A stretch of 64,000 bases of DNA from Eledone cirrhosa. Lineage: Eukaryota. Below are positions 26,811 through 41,212 of this stretch, piece after piece. Made by a program: the position numbers and the translations under genes. The stretch is taken from positions 213,342,001 to 213,406,000 of the forward strand of contig OZ024743.1 in NCBI GenBank assembly GCA_964016885.1, in the 5' to 3' direction. Under the pieces are notes generated by a model that saw only the letters and a list, made by a program, of their open reading frames with translations, was not told the origin of the DNA and made no database searches. Each line of letters begins with the position of its first letter. The stretch's first letter is position 1.

Positions 26811-27015
26811 ATGTATGTATGTATGTATGTATGTATGTATGTATGTATGTATGTATGTATGTATGTATGTATGTATGTATGTATGTATGTATGTATGTAT
26901 GTATGTATGCATGTATGTATGTATGTATGTATGTATGTATGAATGTATGTATGTATGTATGTATGTATGTATGTATGTATGTATGTATGTATGTATGTAT
27001 GTATGAATGTATGTA
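26811..27015. repeat. (TATG)n microsatellite closing the insertion nest
   Basis: Directly visible. Confidence 0.97.
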
Positions 27016-27449
27016 TGTGTGTATATTATGAGTCGTCCAAGAACCACATTCGTTAGCACATCAATTAACACATTCTAAAACCTTATTCCTAAACCTCAAC
27101 CAATGCTGAAAGTCTATCCTAAAGCAGGCTCTTTAAAACTAAAATAGAATATACACAAAATACAAATGAAAATAAATGCATGAATACATATATATATTAA
27201 TTTATCCTTTTGTTTACATTCGTTTTGTCTTACTTGATACATATCAGTAACAGAAGTATGTAAAGTCACCAAATTATCGAGGGTTTCAAAATAAAAGCTT
27301 ACAAGAATAACACTACTTGTAAAGTCAAGTTAAAAGAATCTGAAAGTGAACCAATCAATTCAATATAACAGTTGTGTGAGGCCAAAATAATTTTTGCAAC
27401 CTTTGTTAATTTTTATGGATATCATTCGTTGAAAAGACATTATTTGTTA

Positions 27450-27732
27450 CCTTCTTCTTCTTCTTCTTCTTCTTTGCCCACTTATTCCTGAGAGGGTCGG
27501 AGGCAGAGTCCTCAAACACTTCTTTCAGCGGGTCCTGTCAGAAACAACCGTCTCCAACTGATGCCCAAGAAAGACTAACAAAGCTCATGGATGCTATCCA
27601 ACTATCCTGCTAGTTATCTACCCCTGGATCTTATGCTGGCTGGATTTGCCTGTAAAATCTGTACAGCAATTCTTTCCTGAGACATTCTAACTACATGCCC
27701 ATGGTATCGGATAATCTAGTGGAGGATGTTAG
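27450..27732 (-). mobile_element. Old 5'-truncated RTE-like LINE 3' end with a (GAA)n tail
   Basis: Minus frame RYHGHVVRMSQERIAVQILQANPASIRSRGR*; 11-bp TSD attatttgtta at 27439 and 27733. Confidence 0.75.
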
Positions 27733-28921
27733 ATTATTTGTTATCAATATATATAGTCAAAGGCCGACTGAAAGTTTCCTAGGCTGAAAAGTCCATACGT
27801 GACGAAGATACTCTCATGGAATGATCAAATGAGGTTTATTTTTCAACATAGACCATGGAAAGAAACAATGCAGTTATTAATAAGAAGAGTTGAAATTAAT
27901 TCATTAAATATTTCACAGCTTTAACATCACTCCTTCATAGTCAACCTATGAACATTTCTGCCATCTCTCGTGTGATAAGTGTGTGGGTGTGTGTGTCTAT
28001 GAAGTGATAGGGGGAGTGAGATTTTGGTGAGATTTTGTAATTAGTACCAACATTCCAAGTGCCTGCACGCTCATAAATCAATCTTGAAATATGTACGTAC
28101 ATAATACACACATGCATACATACGTACACACATTCGTATGTACATACATACATACACACACAATACATACCTACATGCATACATACATAATACATACATA
28201 CATACACAGATACATACATAATACATACATACATACACACATACATACATAATACATACATACACATTTCCATAGAAAAATACATAAATATTCATAAACA
28301 TAGGTATTTACATATACGCAGATATATTCATATACTCCCACATAGAACAATTTGCTTAAATGCATGCAGTATTAGTGAACTTAATTTCTTTGAAAACACA
28401 ATGATATCCACACTGTTTATATTAATTTTTCCTTGTATATTTTGTTTCCTCTCACTTCCATTTTGTTTCCTTTCACAACACCCAACTAAGTAAATATTTT
28501 ACTTTCATTTCTGTGTAAATGTTGGTTGGACATTAAAACACGTCATTTAAAAATAAATACAGTAAGTGTGAAGAAGAAGACGACGACGGAGAAGAAGAAG
28601 AAGGGTGAAAGGAAAATAAAGCAAAAAACCCAAAACAAAAAAAAACAACAACAGCAACAACAAAGCGCAACAAAACAAAGAAAAAAAACCTACGAAACCC
28701 CCTCCCCCCCCATAAATACGAAGCAAAAACAACACCAAGAGAATGAAATGAGTCTTAAGCAAAATGTACGTTCAATTATTTTAGTTTTGCTTTTAATATA
28801 TTTTATATAATAACTCGACTGTTTGATTTTTTTCTTTACTTTACTTTTTGACAAGCCGATGTAGTCTTATCGTTTATTTAAGATTGCAATCAGGTAAGAA
28901 AATTGAATGCGAAAGCCTCAA

Positions 28922-28953
<32 letters not shown>

Positions 28954-29514
28954 CCATCATCATCATCATTGTCATCATCATCCATATCGTAAGCATTATT
29001 ACCAAAAAGCATCAGCTGTAACAATATTGCCATTGCCATCCACAACAGCAGCAAGAATAATAACAGTCAATAGAAGTAATAACAGCAACAACGACCTCAG
29101 CAAAGACAAAATAATGTCAACATGAATAACTGCAAATTATGCTGCAATAATCCCTTCTTTCATAAATATATGCAGTGCAGCAGATGGCCGTGATAAGAAA
29201 CCTGTTCAACTATCAAGCGACTTCTTGTTGTTTCGTCTCTCATCCACGCAAAGCGGAAGAAAATACTTCATCTTCGTTGACCAAGTGACCTGAGTCGTAA
29301 AAAAAATGATAAAAAAGCGCGTTTTATATGTAGGAATCTAATATCATTGTTAACAAGAGTAGAACGTTTTAAGTTTAAAGTCATGGTACAACTAACCAGT
29401 TTTGACCATAAGACCTTTCACGTCTAGTAACCCCATATCTGTGAAGTATTTAAAACATCTTAGATAGCGATGCATATGCTTGCATGTATATGCAAATATT
29501 CCATGACTGTGAGC

Positions 29515-29628
29515 ACGTATGGTAGCCAATGATGTTGATCTGTTCTTCTTTTCGAATACTTGTCATCCATGTTTAGAGAGTGGGATTGGTCCAGTGCAAG
29601 ACCTTTCTTCACTTAAAAGCTTCATTGA
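29515..29628 (+). mobile_element. Diverged fragment of the 5' region of the non-autonomous RTE family
   Basis: atggtagccaatgatgttga..tgttcttctttt...agagagtggga.tgg...gtgca...cact.taaaagcttca matches 26481-26586. Confidence 0.65.
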
Positions 29629-30076
29629 TCTGAACGTGAAATAGCAATAACATCAATACTAGTAATTAAGGACAAGATAAAGACATACAGAGACACATAA
29701 GAACTAAACTAATAAATCAAACTAGACACACAGATAGAACAAGCAACCAGCTAGTAACAAGTAAATAAACATATAAAACACACACACACTGATATAGCGC
29801 ATGCGCAACCCAAGTAGACAGCACGGAGCACACAAAAATAAGATGGTGTAGGACAGAACAAAAGAGAGACACAAAATAATAAATTAGTCAGTGAAGAGGT
29901 CATAGAATGTGTGACGAAGGAGCTTTGACAATAAACAAATGAACAACCATCCGGTTATTAAACTAACCAACTGGAAATTTGTAATAAAGTGAAGTGAAAA
30001 CTAACAAGTGTGTGTTTTTTATTGGCAGCATTACCCTCCCAAAGTATAATACTATCTTGTATTATTATGACATCAT

Positions 30077-30287
30077 AAGAAGGGCGGTGGATTGGCAAAG
30101 GGCGGTGAATTGGCAGTATCGGTAGAGGGTCGGACACCATGCGTTGACGCATAGAATTACAGCCCTTGCCATTCTGAGTTCAAATCCCGCCGAAATTAAC
30201 TTTGCCTTTCATCCTTACGGGGTCGATAAAATAAAGTACCAGTAATACACTGGGATAATTGCTGGCCTTGTGCCAAAAGTAGAAACA
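30077..30287 (+). mobile_element. Young full-length tRNA-derived SINE
   Basis: A and B boxes, conserved core gcctttcatccttacggggtcgataaaataaagtaccag, 16-bp TSD attattatgacatcat. Confidence 0.92.
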
Positions 30288-30319
30288 ATTATTATGACAT
30301 CATGGCCCACCCCAAATAT

Positions 30320-31033
30320 AACAATATCTGTTTCGACACACGATTTCATATCAACAACCTTACATTAATTCCTGAGCTGAAATACGTTAATTCCTGAGCT
30401 GAAATACGATTCTCGCTAATTTATATTTGTATTAATCTCCAGAGTCTAGCTATTGAGCAGTTAATTTTATTGATTTTTTTAGTTGCTTCTATTGACTGTT
30501 GAATAGCTCTGTTATATTTAACCATTCTGTCGAGAGCTTTATTCGATTTGTGATATTTTGCATTCTCGCAATATTATACACAACTGAATTCATTCGCCTA
30601 ATATAAGTGTTGCCTCCCTTACTGAACTCCACGTGGGGTCAGTAATAGCCACACTTATGTATATTATTTGGAGCAAAAACCCGTTGATAACACGGCTTCC
30701 TTGTTCAATCATCTTACCAGAAGCCCAACATTCTTTATGTAGGCGGACAGTACCTGATTTTGGAGTCGCAGAAACCAAATACTGGATTTTACCAACAGTC
30801 CAGGGTCCGGGTAAATTATCAATCACATATATTTTTATTGTTTGACCCGAATTACTTGGTCGTTTGTTTTGGCTGTGCGGATGATCTGTTTAACCATCAT
30901 CTCAGTGTGTTTGGCCCTTAACGTATGTTGTAGCTCTGATTCACATGAATTATTGAGCGCTTGCCACACATATCGGACGTTGATTTTCGTTAATTCCTGA
31001 GCTGAAATACGATTCTCGCTAATTTATATTTAT
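30320..31033. mobile_element. Unclassified element with ~45-bp direct repeats; related piece at 7172-7260
   Basis: cgttaattcctgagctgaaatacgattctcgctaatttatattt at ~30385 and ~30988. Confidence 0.5.
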
Positions 31034-31072
31034 ATATATATATATATATATAATATAAGATCAAAAGATATA

Positions 31073-31180
31073 TTGTTGTTGTCGTTATTATTATTGTTGT
31101 TATTATTATTATTATTATTATTGTTATTAATGTATATGTGTGTATGTATATATATGTGTGTGTGTGTGTGTGTGTATGTA

Positions 31181-31213
<33 letters not shown>

Positions 31214-31246
31214 TTTTTTTATTTTTTTTTATTTTTTATTTATTTA

Positions 31247-31283
<37 letters not shown>

Positions 31284-31323
31284 CTCTCCTCGTCCAATGG
31301 CCATACTCGATAACGAGGGGGCA

Positions 31324-31330
<7 letters not shown>
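31073..31330 (+). mobile_element. 3'-UTR-only copy of the zinc-finger RTE
   Basis: caatggccatactcgataacgagggggcagccatca is identical to 20277-20312 and is preceded by similar (TAT)n, GT and T-rich tracts. Confidence 0.8.
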
Positions 31331-31385
<55 letters not shown>

Positions 31386-31787
31386 ATGTGTGCGTGTGAT
31401 GAGCGCGCGAGCGCGTATCCGTGCACATATTTGGACTTATAAGTCACATTTTAGAACATGCTTTACTCTCTCTCCGTCTTCCCATTACCAATCTATCAAG
31501 CATTTTCTCTGCAGTGTTTACTTTGATGTCACATGCGTGGATGTAAGAAATATAAAATAAAAATAAAACTCAAGTACATTGGATGAAATACCACAACACA
31601 GCGTACACACATATGCATGAATGTACATAACACACCTACACAAAAGCACAAACACACACATATACATACCAGGGCACAAACTTACATTGATATAAGCGCA
31701 AATAAACACACATAAACACACATACATACGCGCGACCACAAAGACACAAACATACACAGAAATATATATATTTCCCGTTTACATTTT

Positions 31788-31825
<38 letters not shown>

Positions 31826-31856
31826 CATATGTATATATATATATGTGTGTTACATT

Positions 31857-31961
<105 letters not shown>

Positions 31962-32007
31962 AATATATATATTTATATATGTATATATATATATGTATGC
32001 ATGTATT

Positions 32008-32062
<55 letters not shown>

Positions 32063-32095
32063 ATATATATATATATAATATATATATATATATAA

Positions 32096-32153
<58 letters not shown>

Positions 32154-32206
32154 ACACACACACATATATATATATGTAATGAAGCGTAAACTTAAAAAAT
32201 ACGTAA

Positions 32207-32573
32207 ATGAAAGATGTGAAAATATTCGTGGTAACACTTCAATAATGCTTCAAATGTGTGAATTGTGAAGTCCCAGTAACAGAACTCAACGAAACGTACA
32301 CTTACATTTTCCCTCTCTCTCTTTCTTTCTCTCTTTCATCGTATATATATATCTATATATAAAGAGAAAGAAATAGAGAGACGAAAAATGTACGTTTCGT
32401 TGAGTTCTGTTACTGGGACTTCACAATTCACATATTTGAAGCATTATTGGAGTGTTGCCTTTCATCCTTACGGGGTCGATAAAATAAAGTACCAGTAATG
32501 CACTGGGTAATTGCTGGCCTTGTGCCTAAAGTAGAAACAATTATTGGAGTGTTACCACGAATATTTTCACATC

Positions 32574-32579
<6 letters not shown>
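32207..32579. mobile_element. Fold-back element with ~95-bp arms; the right arm is interrupted by a SINE
   Basis: 32207-32300 is the reverse complement of 32389-32579 once the SINE is removed. Confidence 0.8.
32457..32539 (+). mobile_element. 5'-truncated SINE
   Basis: Core and tail only; 14-bp TSD attattggagtgtt. Confidence 0.9.
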
Positions 32580-32611
<32 letters not shown>

Positions 32612-32616
<5 letters not shown>

Positions 32617-33309
32617 AAAGTATAGAGGTGTAACACACGAGTTGTGATATATTAGTAAAAGGAAAAGAAAATGCTGACAGATTTTTCCCCAGTGAAAAAT
32701 AGTTTAATTAGGAATAAGTAAAAATTAGTAATAAGTATTGGTTAGTATTCAGTTTTAGTTCTAAGTTTTACAGTCCCCTTTCCATAATTTAGAGATCTTC
32801 TCTACCTTGGGGCCTTCAGTCTTATTGTTGATTTCCAGGAGGATCTCTTCATCGATGGTTTTGATATTTTCCTCATTTGTCTGTGTCCTCAATTTAAGAA
32901 GTTCAATTTCTGTCTTCATTTTTTCCAATGCCATTCTTTCCCTAAGGTGTCCTTGAGGTTCGGGTTCATTTGGAATGAACTTTATTTGTATTTTACGGGG
33001 GAGAGTTAGAGGGGTTGAGTTGGGAAAAAATGAAGGCAAAAAATGAAGACAGAAATTGAACTTCTTAAATTGAGGACACAGACAAATGAGGAAAATATCA
33101 AAACCATCGATGAAGAGATCCTCCTGGAAATCAACAATAAGACTGAAGGCCCCAAGGTAGAGAAAATCTCTAAATTATGGAAAGGGGACTGCAAAACTTA
33201 AAACTAAAACTGAATACTAACCAATACTTATTACTAATTTTTACTTATTCCTAATTAAACTATTTTTCACTGGGAAAAATTTGTCAGCATTTTCTTTTCC
33301 TTTTACTAA
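32612..33309 (-). mobile_element. Fold-back element with ~272-bp arms (32652-32924 / 33038-33309) carrying a coding fragment
   Basis: Near-perfect inverted arms; minus ORF ...LPRKIQIKFIPNEPEPQGHLRERMALEKMKTEIELLK... Confidence 0.8.
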
Positions 33310-33373
33310 ATATATATATATATATATAAAACATATATAAACATATATATATATCTCTCTCTATATATATAAA

Positions 33374-33579
33374 TGGTTACACAACAGTTAGTTCACCATA
33401 CCGCGAACAATTGTTTCCCCTTAGCGGATCCTCAGCTCGTAAATTACGAGGTGAGGATCCGCTAAGGTGAAACAATTGTTCTCGGTATGGTGAACTAACT
33501 GTTGTGTAACCACTTCTACCTAACTCGTCCCATGGACTGAGTGCTCTACCACTACGGATATTACCTTCCAGTGTTCTAC

Positions 33580-33585
<6 letters not shown>
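33374..33585. mobile_element. Family B hairpin element with 69-bp arms centred at 33443 and a hammerhead in each arm
   Basis: Arm consensus CGAG-CUGAGGA-uccgcuaagg-GAAAC-AAUU-GUU/CUCG. Confidence 0.8.
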
Positions 33586-34815
<1,230 letters not shown>

Positions 34816-34898
34816 TACACACATATATATATGTTTATATATATATGTGTGTATATATACATATATATCATATATATATGTTTATATATATATGTGTG

Positions 34899-34930
<32 letters not shown>

Positions 34931-34955
34931 TATACATATATATATATATACATAT

Positions 34956-34998
<43 letters not shown>

Positions 34999-35044
34999 TA
35001 TATGTATATATACATATATATGTATATATACATAAATATGTATG

Positions 35045-35090
<46 letters not shown>

Positions 35091-35092
35091 TT

Positions 35093-35141
<49 letters not shown>

Positions 35142-35267
35142 CTACAGTTCCATCACATAAGCATTGCGCAACACTAGGCAAAGACTAATCCTGGTTTCTG
35201 CAAATAAATTACTAATTATGGAAATAAATTCCGACCAGATTATACCATGATTCTGCCAAAACAATAA

Positions 35268-35452
35268 TGGATTGGCAGTATCGGTAGAATGTCAGATGCC
35301 ATGCTTTGTAGCATCGAGTTACGGCCCTTTATGATCTGAGTTCAAATCCCGCCAAGCTTTACTTTGCCATTCATCCTTAAGGGGTCGATAAAATAAAATA
35401 CCAGTAATGCACTTGGATAATTGCTGGCCTTGTGCCAAAACTAGAAACAATT
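35268..35452 (+). mobile_element. tRNA-derived SINE
   Basis: A and B boxes, core and tail as in the copy at 30077. Confidence 0.9.
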
Positions 35453-37056
35453 AATATAAAAAGCAAAAAAAAAAGCAAAAAAAAACAAAACACGATGAAT
35501 TTCATTTAAGGATTTCATAACAAATGTGTCATGAAACTGAAGTTCTTCAACTAGTGCTCATTTTCTTGTCACCCTATCATTATTTTGTTATTCAGTACAA
35601 TATCAAGGTACAATTACTTGTGGGTTGGGTAATAAATCATACCATTGCTAAATAGTAACAAGGTGACGTCTTCGAACAGTTGGTTATTATGTAAGTGGCT
35701 TATTCGATGTTTAGCCCACAGTCTGCCTCTGTTGTCGCACCTCTTTCTTTCGTGCGCCAGGTATTTCGTTAGTATTTCCTCTCATTGGATTACAAACGCC
35801 TCTCCTCCCAATAGTAAACCGGTTGTTGGTCAAAGAAGACTAGTTTGGTTATTGATATTCTCACTTTGAAGATTTCTGACCACATAGCCAAGCAGAACTT
35901 TGCTGATATATATAGATTTTCATACGTTGCGGTAGTGTCGTGCAATGCTCCTGGTTGTGTGTTTGTGGTTATTATTTGGTGAGTATTTCTGAAAAAGCTG
36001 CTTCTCAGCTCTTATCATGTTATCTGCCTCATGTAGATATATGTGGTTAGTAAATGTTGTCGAAGGGGTACAATGTGACATTCAAAAGCAGTTTGTATCA
36101 ATGTAGTTACGTACGTACGTACATACGATTGTATGTATGTATGTATGTATGTATGTATGTATGTATGTATGTATGTATGTATGTATGTACGTACGTATGT
36201 ATGTATATATGTATGTATTTATGCATGTATGTATGCATGTATGTATGTATGATGTACGTAGTTACGTGTGTTTACCTGTATGTATGCATTTATGTATGTG
36301 TATGTATGTATGAATGTACATCCACATACACACTAACACACACACACACACATATATGTATATCTGTATGTACATATTCATGTGTGTGAGTTTACATGTC
36401 TGTGTGCAGCTATGTTGTTTTCTAAGCAGTTATATAAACAAATGGACGTATGCTGGAATATTTAAAGTGTATATTTGATTCTTAATGCTACAATTTTAAA
36501 TTGGAATGAAACAAAGAATTTTAAACAGAGAATAAAATATAAAAACGTATTCTAGAAGAAAATACAACGGAAGAATTCCAATTCTATAGTTCTTTCCTGC
36601 AAATTCTATTTGTTAATCAAAGACTTATTCGCTGATATCTTTTAAAATTGTTTTGATTTTTCTTGTTTGAAATATTTCTATTTGATTTAATTCTTGATAT
36701 TATGAATAAATAAACATTACATTTCCATTCTTAGAGAATCCTGAATTTCAAACTTCTATAAAAGTTAATTTATATTTTTTCTATGAATATGTATCTTTGT
36801 GTTTTATTAGAAGATTGTAATCGTATTTTTTTTCATTAGATTTCCTTCCTTGCTTTATATTAATTTATTTTTAATTTACAGAATTTCCAAATCTCGAAAG
36901 TTAGAAAAACAGTAACAAAAGTTCTCTATTGAATACATTTGATTTTATTAAAACTACCGTTAGAACTATTAGTAGAGGTAGTTTTTTCTTCTCTATTTCA
37001 GTAATTCAATCTGTAAAAGACATATTGCCAACAGGAAAGATAATAGAAAATAAAAT

Positions 37057-37121
37057 TACTACTACTACTACTACTACTACCACTACCACTACCACTATCA
37101 CTACTACTACTACTGCTGCTG

Positions 37122-37201
<80 letters not shown>

Positions 37202-37216
37202 GCTGCTGCTGCTACT

Positions 37217-37305
<89 letters not shown>

Positions 37306-37377
37306 ACTCTACTACTACTACTACTACTATTAATGCCTCCACCACCACCACCACCAGACCACCAACACCACCATCAA

Positions 37378-37427
<50 letters not shown>

Positions 37428-37428
37428 T

Positions 37429-37460
<32 letters not shown>

Positions 37461-37485
37461 ATAATAATAATAATAATAATAATAA
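37057..37485. repeat. Compound (CTA)n/(CCA)n/(AAT)n microsatellite
   Basis: Directly visible. Confidence 0.95.
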
Positions 37486-37919
37486 CATTAAGAAGACGAC
37501 GAAGAACAAGAAGGAAATGTTCAAGAAATCGAAGAACAAAGACCTATAAAAGGAAAGAACGAAGATAAATAAAAATCAATAAAAATATTTTTCAAAACTA
37601 CTCCTTAAATGACATTTTCCTTTAATGATGAGCTATATTTGAAATAATGTATTTGTGTTTTTAAGTGTTAATAAAGTGGAAGAGATATTTTATATAATGT
37701 GCATATTATAGAATATCTCCATCTACTCATATTATGTATAAAACGTTTGCATGTTGGGATTGTAACGAATTCACACCTCATAATCAAAAGCAAACAGAGG
37801 GATATGCATTTCTCAAATATAGAGAAACGAACATAAAATGTTATATAGAAATGTTATAGATACAATAGTTTTAGAGATCTGTAAACATAATAAATATTTT
37901 ATATTTGAGCAACAAACGA

Positions 37920-38485
37920 CTGGTACTGGATGCGACATAGTTATGGCCCTGTGAATTCTGAGTTCAAATCCCGCCGAGGTTAGCTTTGCCTTTCATTCTT
38001 ACGGTGTCGGGAAAATAAAGCACCAGTAATACACTGGGGTTGATTTAATCGAATTCCCCGCCTTCAAATGAATGGCCTTGTGCTTAAAGTATAAACAATT
38101 ATTAACCCATAACTGGATTGGCAGAATCGGTATAGCGTCAGACAACATACTTAGTGACATAGTGTCATGGCCCTTTACGTTCTGAGTTCAAATCCCGCCG
38201 AGGTCGATTTAATCGACTTTTCCTTCCGCCAACATTGCTGGCCTTGTGCCTAAATGAGAAACCAAGGGCGGTGGATTGGCAGTATCAATAGGGCGTCGGA
38301 CAAAATGATTTGTGACGTAGAGTTACGGCCCTTTGCGTTCTGAGTTTAAATAACCGCCGAGGTCAACTTTTCCTTTCATCCTTACGGGGTCGATAAAATA
38401 AAGTACCAGTCATGTACTAGGGTCGATTTAATCGATTTCCCCTTTCCCTTTCCCACAAGACTTGTCTAAAGTAGAAATAATTACT
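37920..38485 (+). mobile_element. Three SINE copies in tandem
   Basis: Three ctgagtt.aaat B-box regions and three ttgt(g)..taaa..a.aaa tails. Confidence 0.85.
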
Positions 38486-39714
38486 AACCCTTAACATTTT
38501 GTAATGATGTAGCAAAATATATTTAAAACAGGTCTGTTAATTCATAAGTTTATAGTATTTTACTGGTGGACAGATCGTTGTGAAAAATTGCCGAATTAGA
38601 TTAAAGACTTTGATTTCTTACGTGAGGCAGTCAGATTACTGTTTGGTACTTTTCGAGAATATCTTGTTAATGAGGTTTCATGTGGTACAGGATGTTAAGA
38701 GTTGAGGAAATATAAAGTTGTGAATTAATTATAGTTGAAAATTGAAACCGTCTCGTTAATTTGGCATAATAGAATCTATTATTTTTCAGTTTTCGATACA
38801 ATGAATACACTATAGTATTAAATATTAAGCCATGTACTATAACACAATATATTGTTACGGATCGAATGGGTAATGTTCAGTTTATTCAACAAAGGATATT
38901 AAAGCATTGTTTGTGGATTACACACACACACACACACAGACACACACGCACATAGTATAAATATCTTTAAATAAAGAGAGATAGAAGGAGAGAGCAGAGA
39001 GCAGAGGGAGGGACTGGGTCTTCGTGTGACAGAAAAATATGGCTCCCATTAAAATGTAAATTATGTATTTGCTGTAAGTGTAAAATGTCAAAAAGAATTG
39101 CAGTAACAAACAAATAACAAACAAAAAAGTTGCATTTTCAGTTTTTTTGCTCCATTATATTTAATGTGTTTAAACAACTTGGAAGTGTTCTGCCCAAGAA
39201 TGGATAACTGAAAGTTTCAAATTGAATAACGAAAAAAAGAGCTACTCTTGGCCATCTTTATCAACAAATATCTAGTAGTTACGGCATTGCAACAGTCTAC
39301 TGGATCCCATATTTGTTACCCGTTGCACACGTTGAATCAAATCAAAGTTGAGAGAAAATTAGGTTTCTATACATCTTGAATAACACTCGAAATTCGAACC
39401 AGCTATAACATTCATATCGATCGGCTACCTACACACTTGAAAAACAACACCGCATTAGCGAAAAGAGCAGAAAGAGTGCTGGAAAGAAATTCGTAATAGT
39501 AGGAGTTACTGTTGCATCGTGCAATTATAAAAGACAGTAAAACGAGGAAAAAAATCCAGCACAACCTGCATTGACTACAGAAATGCATATGGCGGCATTC
39601 CATATTTCTAGATACAGGAATCACTCCACATTAAGAAATCATCCCCCCAAAATTAGTCAAGCTGTAGTAAAATAAAAATAAAAATACCATATCAGTAAAA
39701 AACTAATGAATAAA

Positions 39715-40165
39715 ATTTTCCAGGGAGACTCATTATGCCGCTAATTTTTTGTCTAGCAGTGACCCCACTAATAAACCTTCAGGGAGTAAAGATGATACGG
39801 ACTAATTATAAATCATCTCTGTATATGGATAACCTAAGAATATTCAATGAGGCATAAAATTGAATTAGAAAACTTTCTAAAAGTTGTTAACAAATTCAGC
39901 TAAAACAAGAATGAGTATGGGATTAGACAAATGTGCCAAAGCTACTATTAAAAGAGTAAAAATAATCGTCCCCGAAAATAATACACTCGGCTTAAACACT
40001 GAAATCAGAGAATAAAATCACAACCACCCAGAAAACTTTCTAGGAATATAAGGAAGAATATAAGGAAACAGTTCGACAAATATTAAAAGCTGAACTCAAT
40101 GCTAGAAACAACATAGTAGGTATAAATGCACTGACCGTATCAGATACAAATTATAGCTTTAATAC
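39715..40165 (+). pseudogene. Old degenerate R4/Dong-like RT fragment
   Basis: Frameshifted FQGDSL, NHL..MDNL, GLDKCAKATIKR, LKAELNARNNIVGINAL. Confidence 0.7.
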
Positions 40166-40228
40166 AATAATCAGAGAAGTGTGTATGTGCAGAAGGATAG
40201 GTGATGACTCAAGATCGAAACTCAAAGT

Positions 40229-41116
40229 CAGTGGCGGACTGGGTCTAAAAATATTGGTTGCCAGGAGATGAAGGGGCTCACCTACATATAGAATGCTATC
40301 ATTTAATCTAAACTATAATAAAGTAAGGAGCGCGGGACTGCGTACGGTTTATAATTTTTTTATCACATTAGTAAAATAAGTTGGATTACTTTGAATAAAT
40401 AATTGTTTCTACTTTAGGCACAAGGCCAGCAATAACCCAGTACATTACTGGTACTTTATTTTATCGACCCCGTAAGGATGAAAGGCAAAGTTAACCTCGG
40501 CGGGATTTGAACTCAGACTGTAAAGGGACGTAACTATGCTAGAAAACATGACGTCCAACTCTCTACCGATACTGCCAATTCACCGCCCTTTGAATAAATA
40601 ATGAATGAATATTACATAATTTATCTACTGAATTTCGTGGCTGTTGATTAAATATATTTTGTTTATTTAAAGATTCACTTCTCTAAAATTTCTGAAATGT
40701 CAGCACTTCCGGTTGGCTATCGCTTAAGTAAACATACTAATTTTATCCTAATGCAGTTTATATATAATATCGTCTATTTTAATGTATCATGGATTACGTT
40801 ACTGATTAAATAAGACAGCGTAACACAGTCTTCGTTCAATTTCTATGCATTATATATTGTCAATTACGATTTTATTTGATGTATCATATTTACATGTATA
40901 ATATCAATATACGCACTTGCGTATAATATCAATATACACACTACACATGCTAGCAGAAAACCACCCTAACATTTTCAAAAAAAAACATAAGTGGAAAAAA
41001 ACAGTTCAATCAAATGTTTTGCGAAAAAATATCTTACCTTCTCCAATAGAAAAATATGTATTTTCCGAAATTCAGAGTCTTTCAATAATGACCTTTAGTC
41101 TTTCATCACACTCACT

Positions 41117-41118
<2 letters not shown>
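40229..41118 (+). mobile_element. hAT-like left end, first copy; paralog at 44391-44640
   Basis: cagtggcggactgggtctaaaaa.attggttgccaggagatgaag and the downstream aaaaatatcttaccttctccaata block are shared; no right TIR found. Confidence 0.55.
40404..40590 (-). mobile_element. Young full-length SINE
   Basis: Reverse-complement SINE; ~15-bp TSD ctttgaataaataat. Confidence 0.9.

Positions 41119-41212
<94 letters not shown>

Noticed and set aside
17080-27015. CRISPR-like repeat-spacer array
   Set aside because: The repeats are variable-length microsatellites, the spacers are kb-scale retroelements, there are no cas genes, and the context is eukaryotic
28907-29125. Poly-His ORF
   Set aside because: A (CAT)n microsatellite with no other coding signal
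30100-30192. Functional tRNA genes at SINE heads
   Set aside because: The A and B boxes are followed by a SINE core, tail and TSD, and there is no complete cloverleaf
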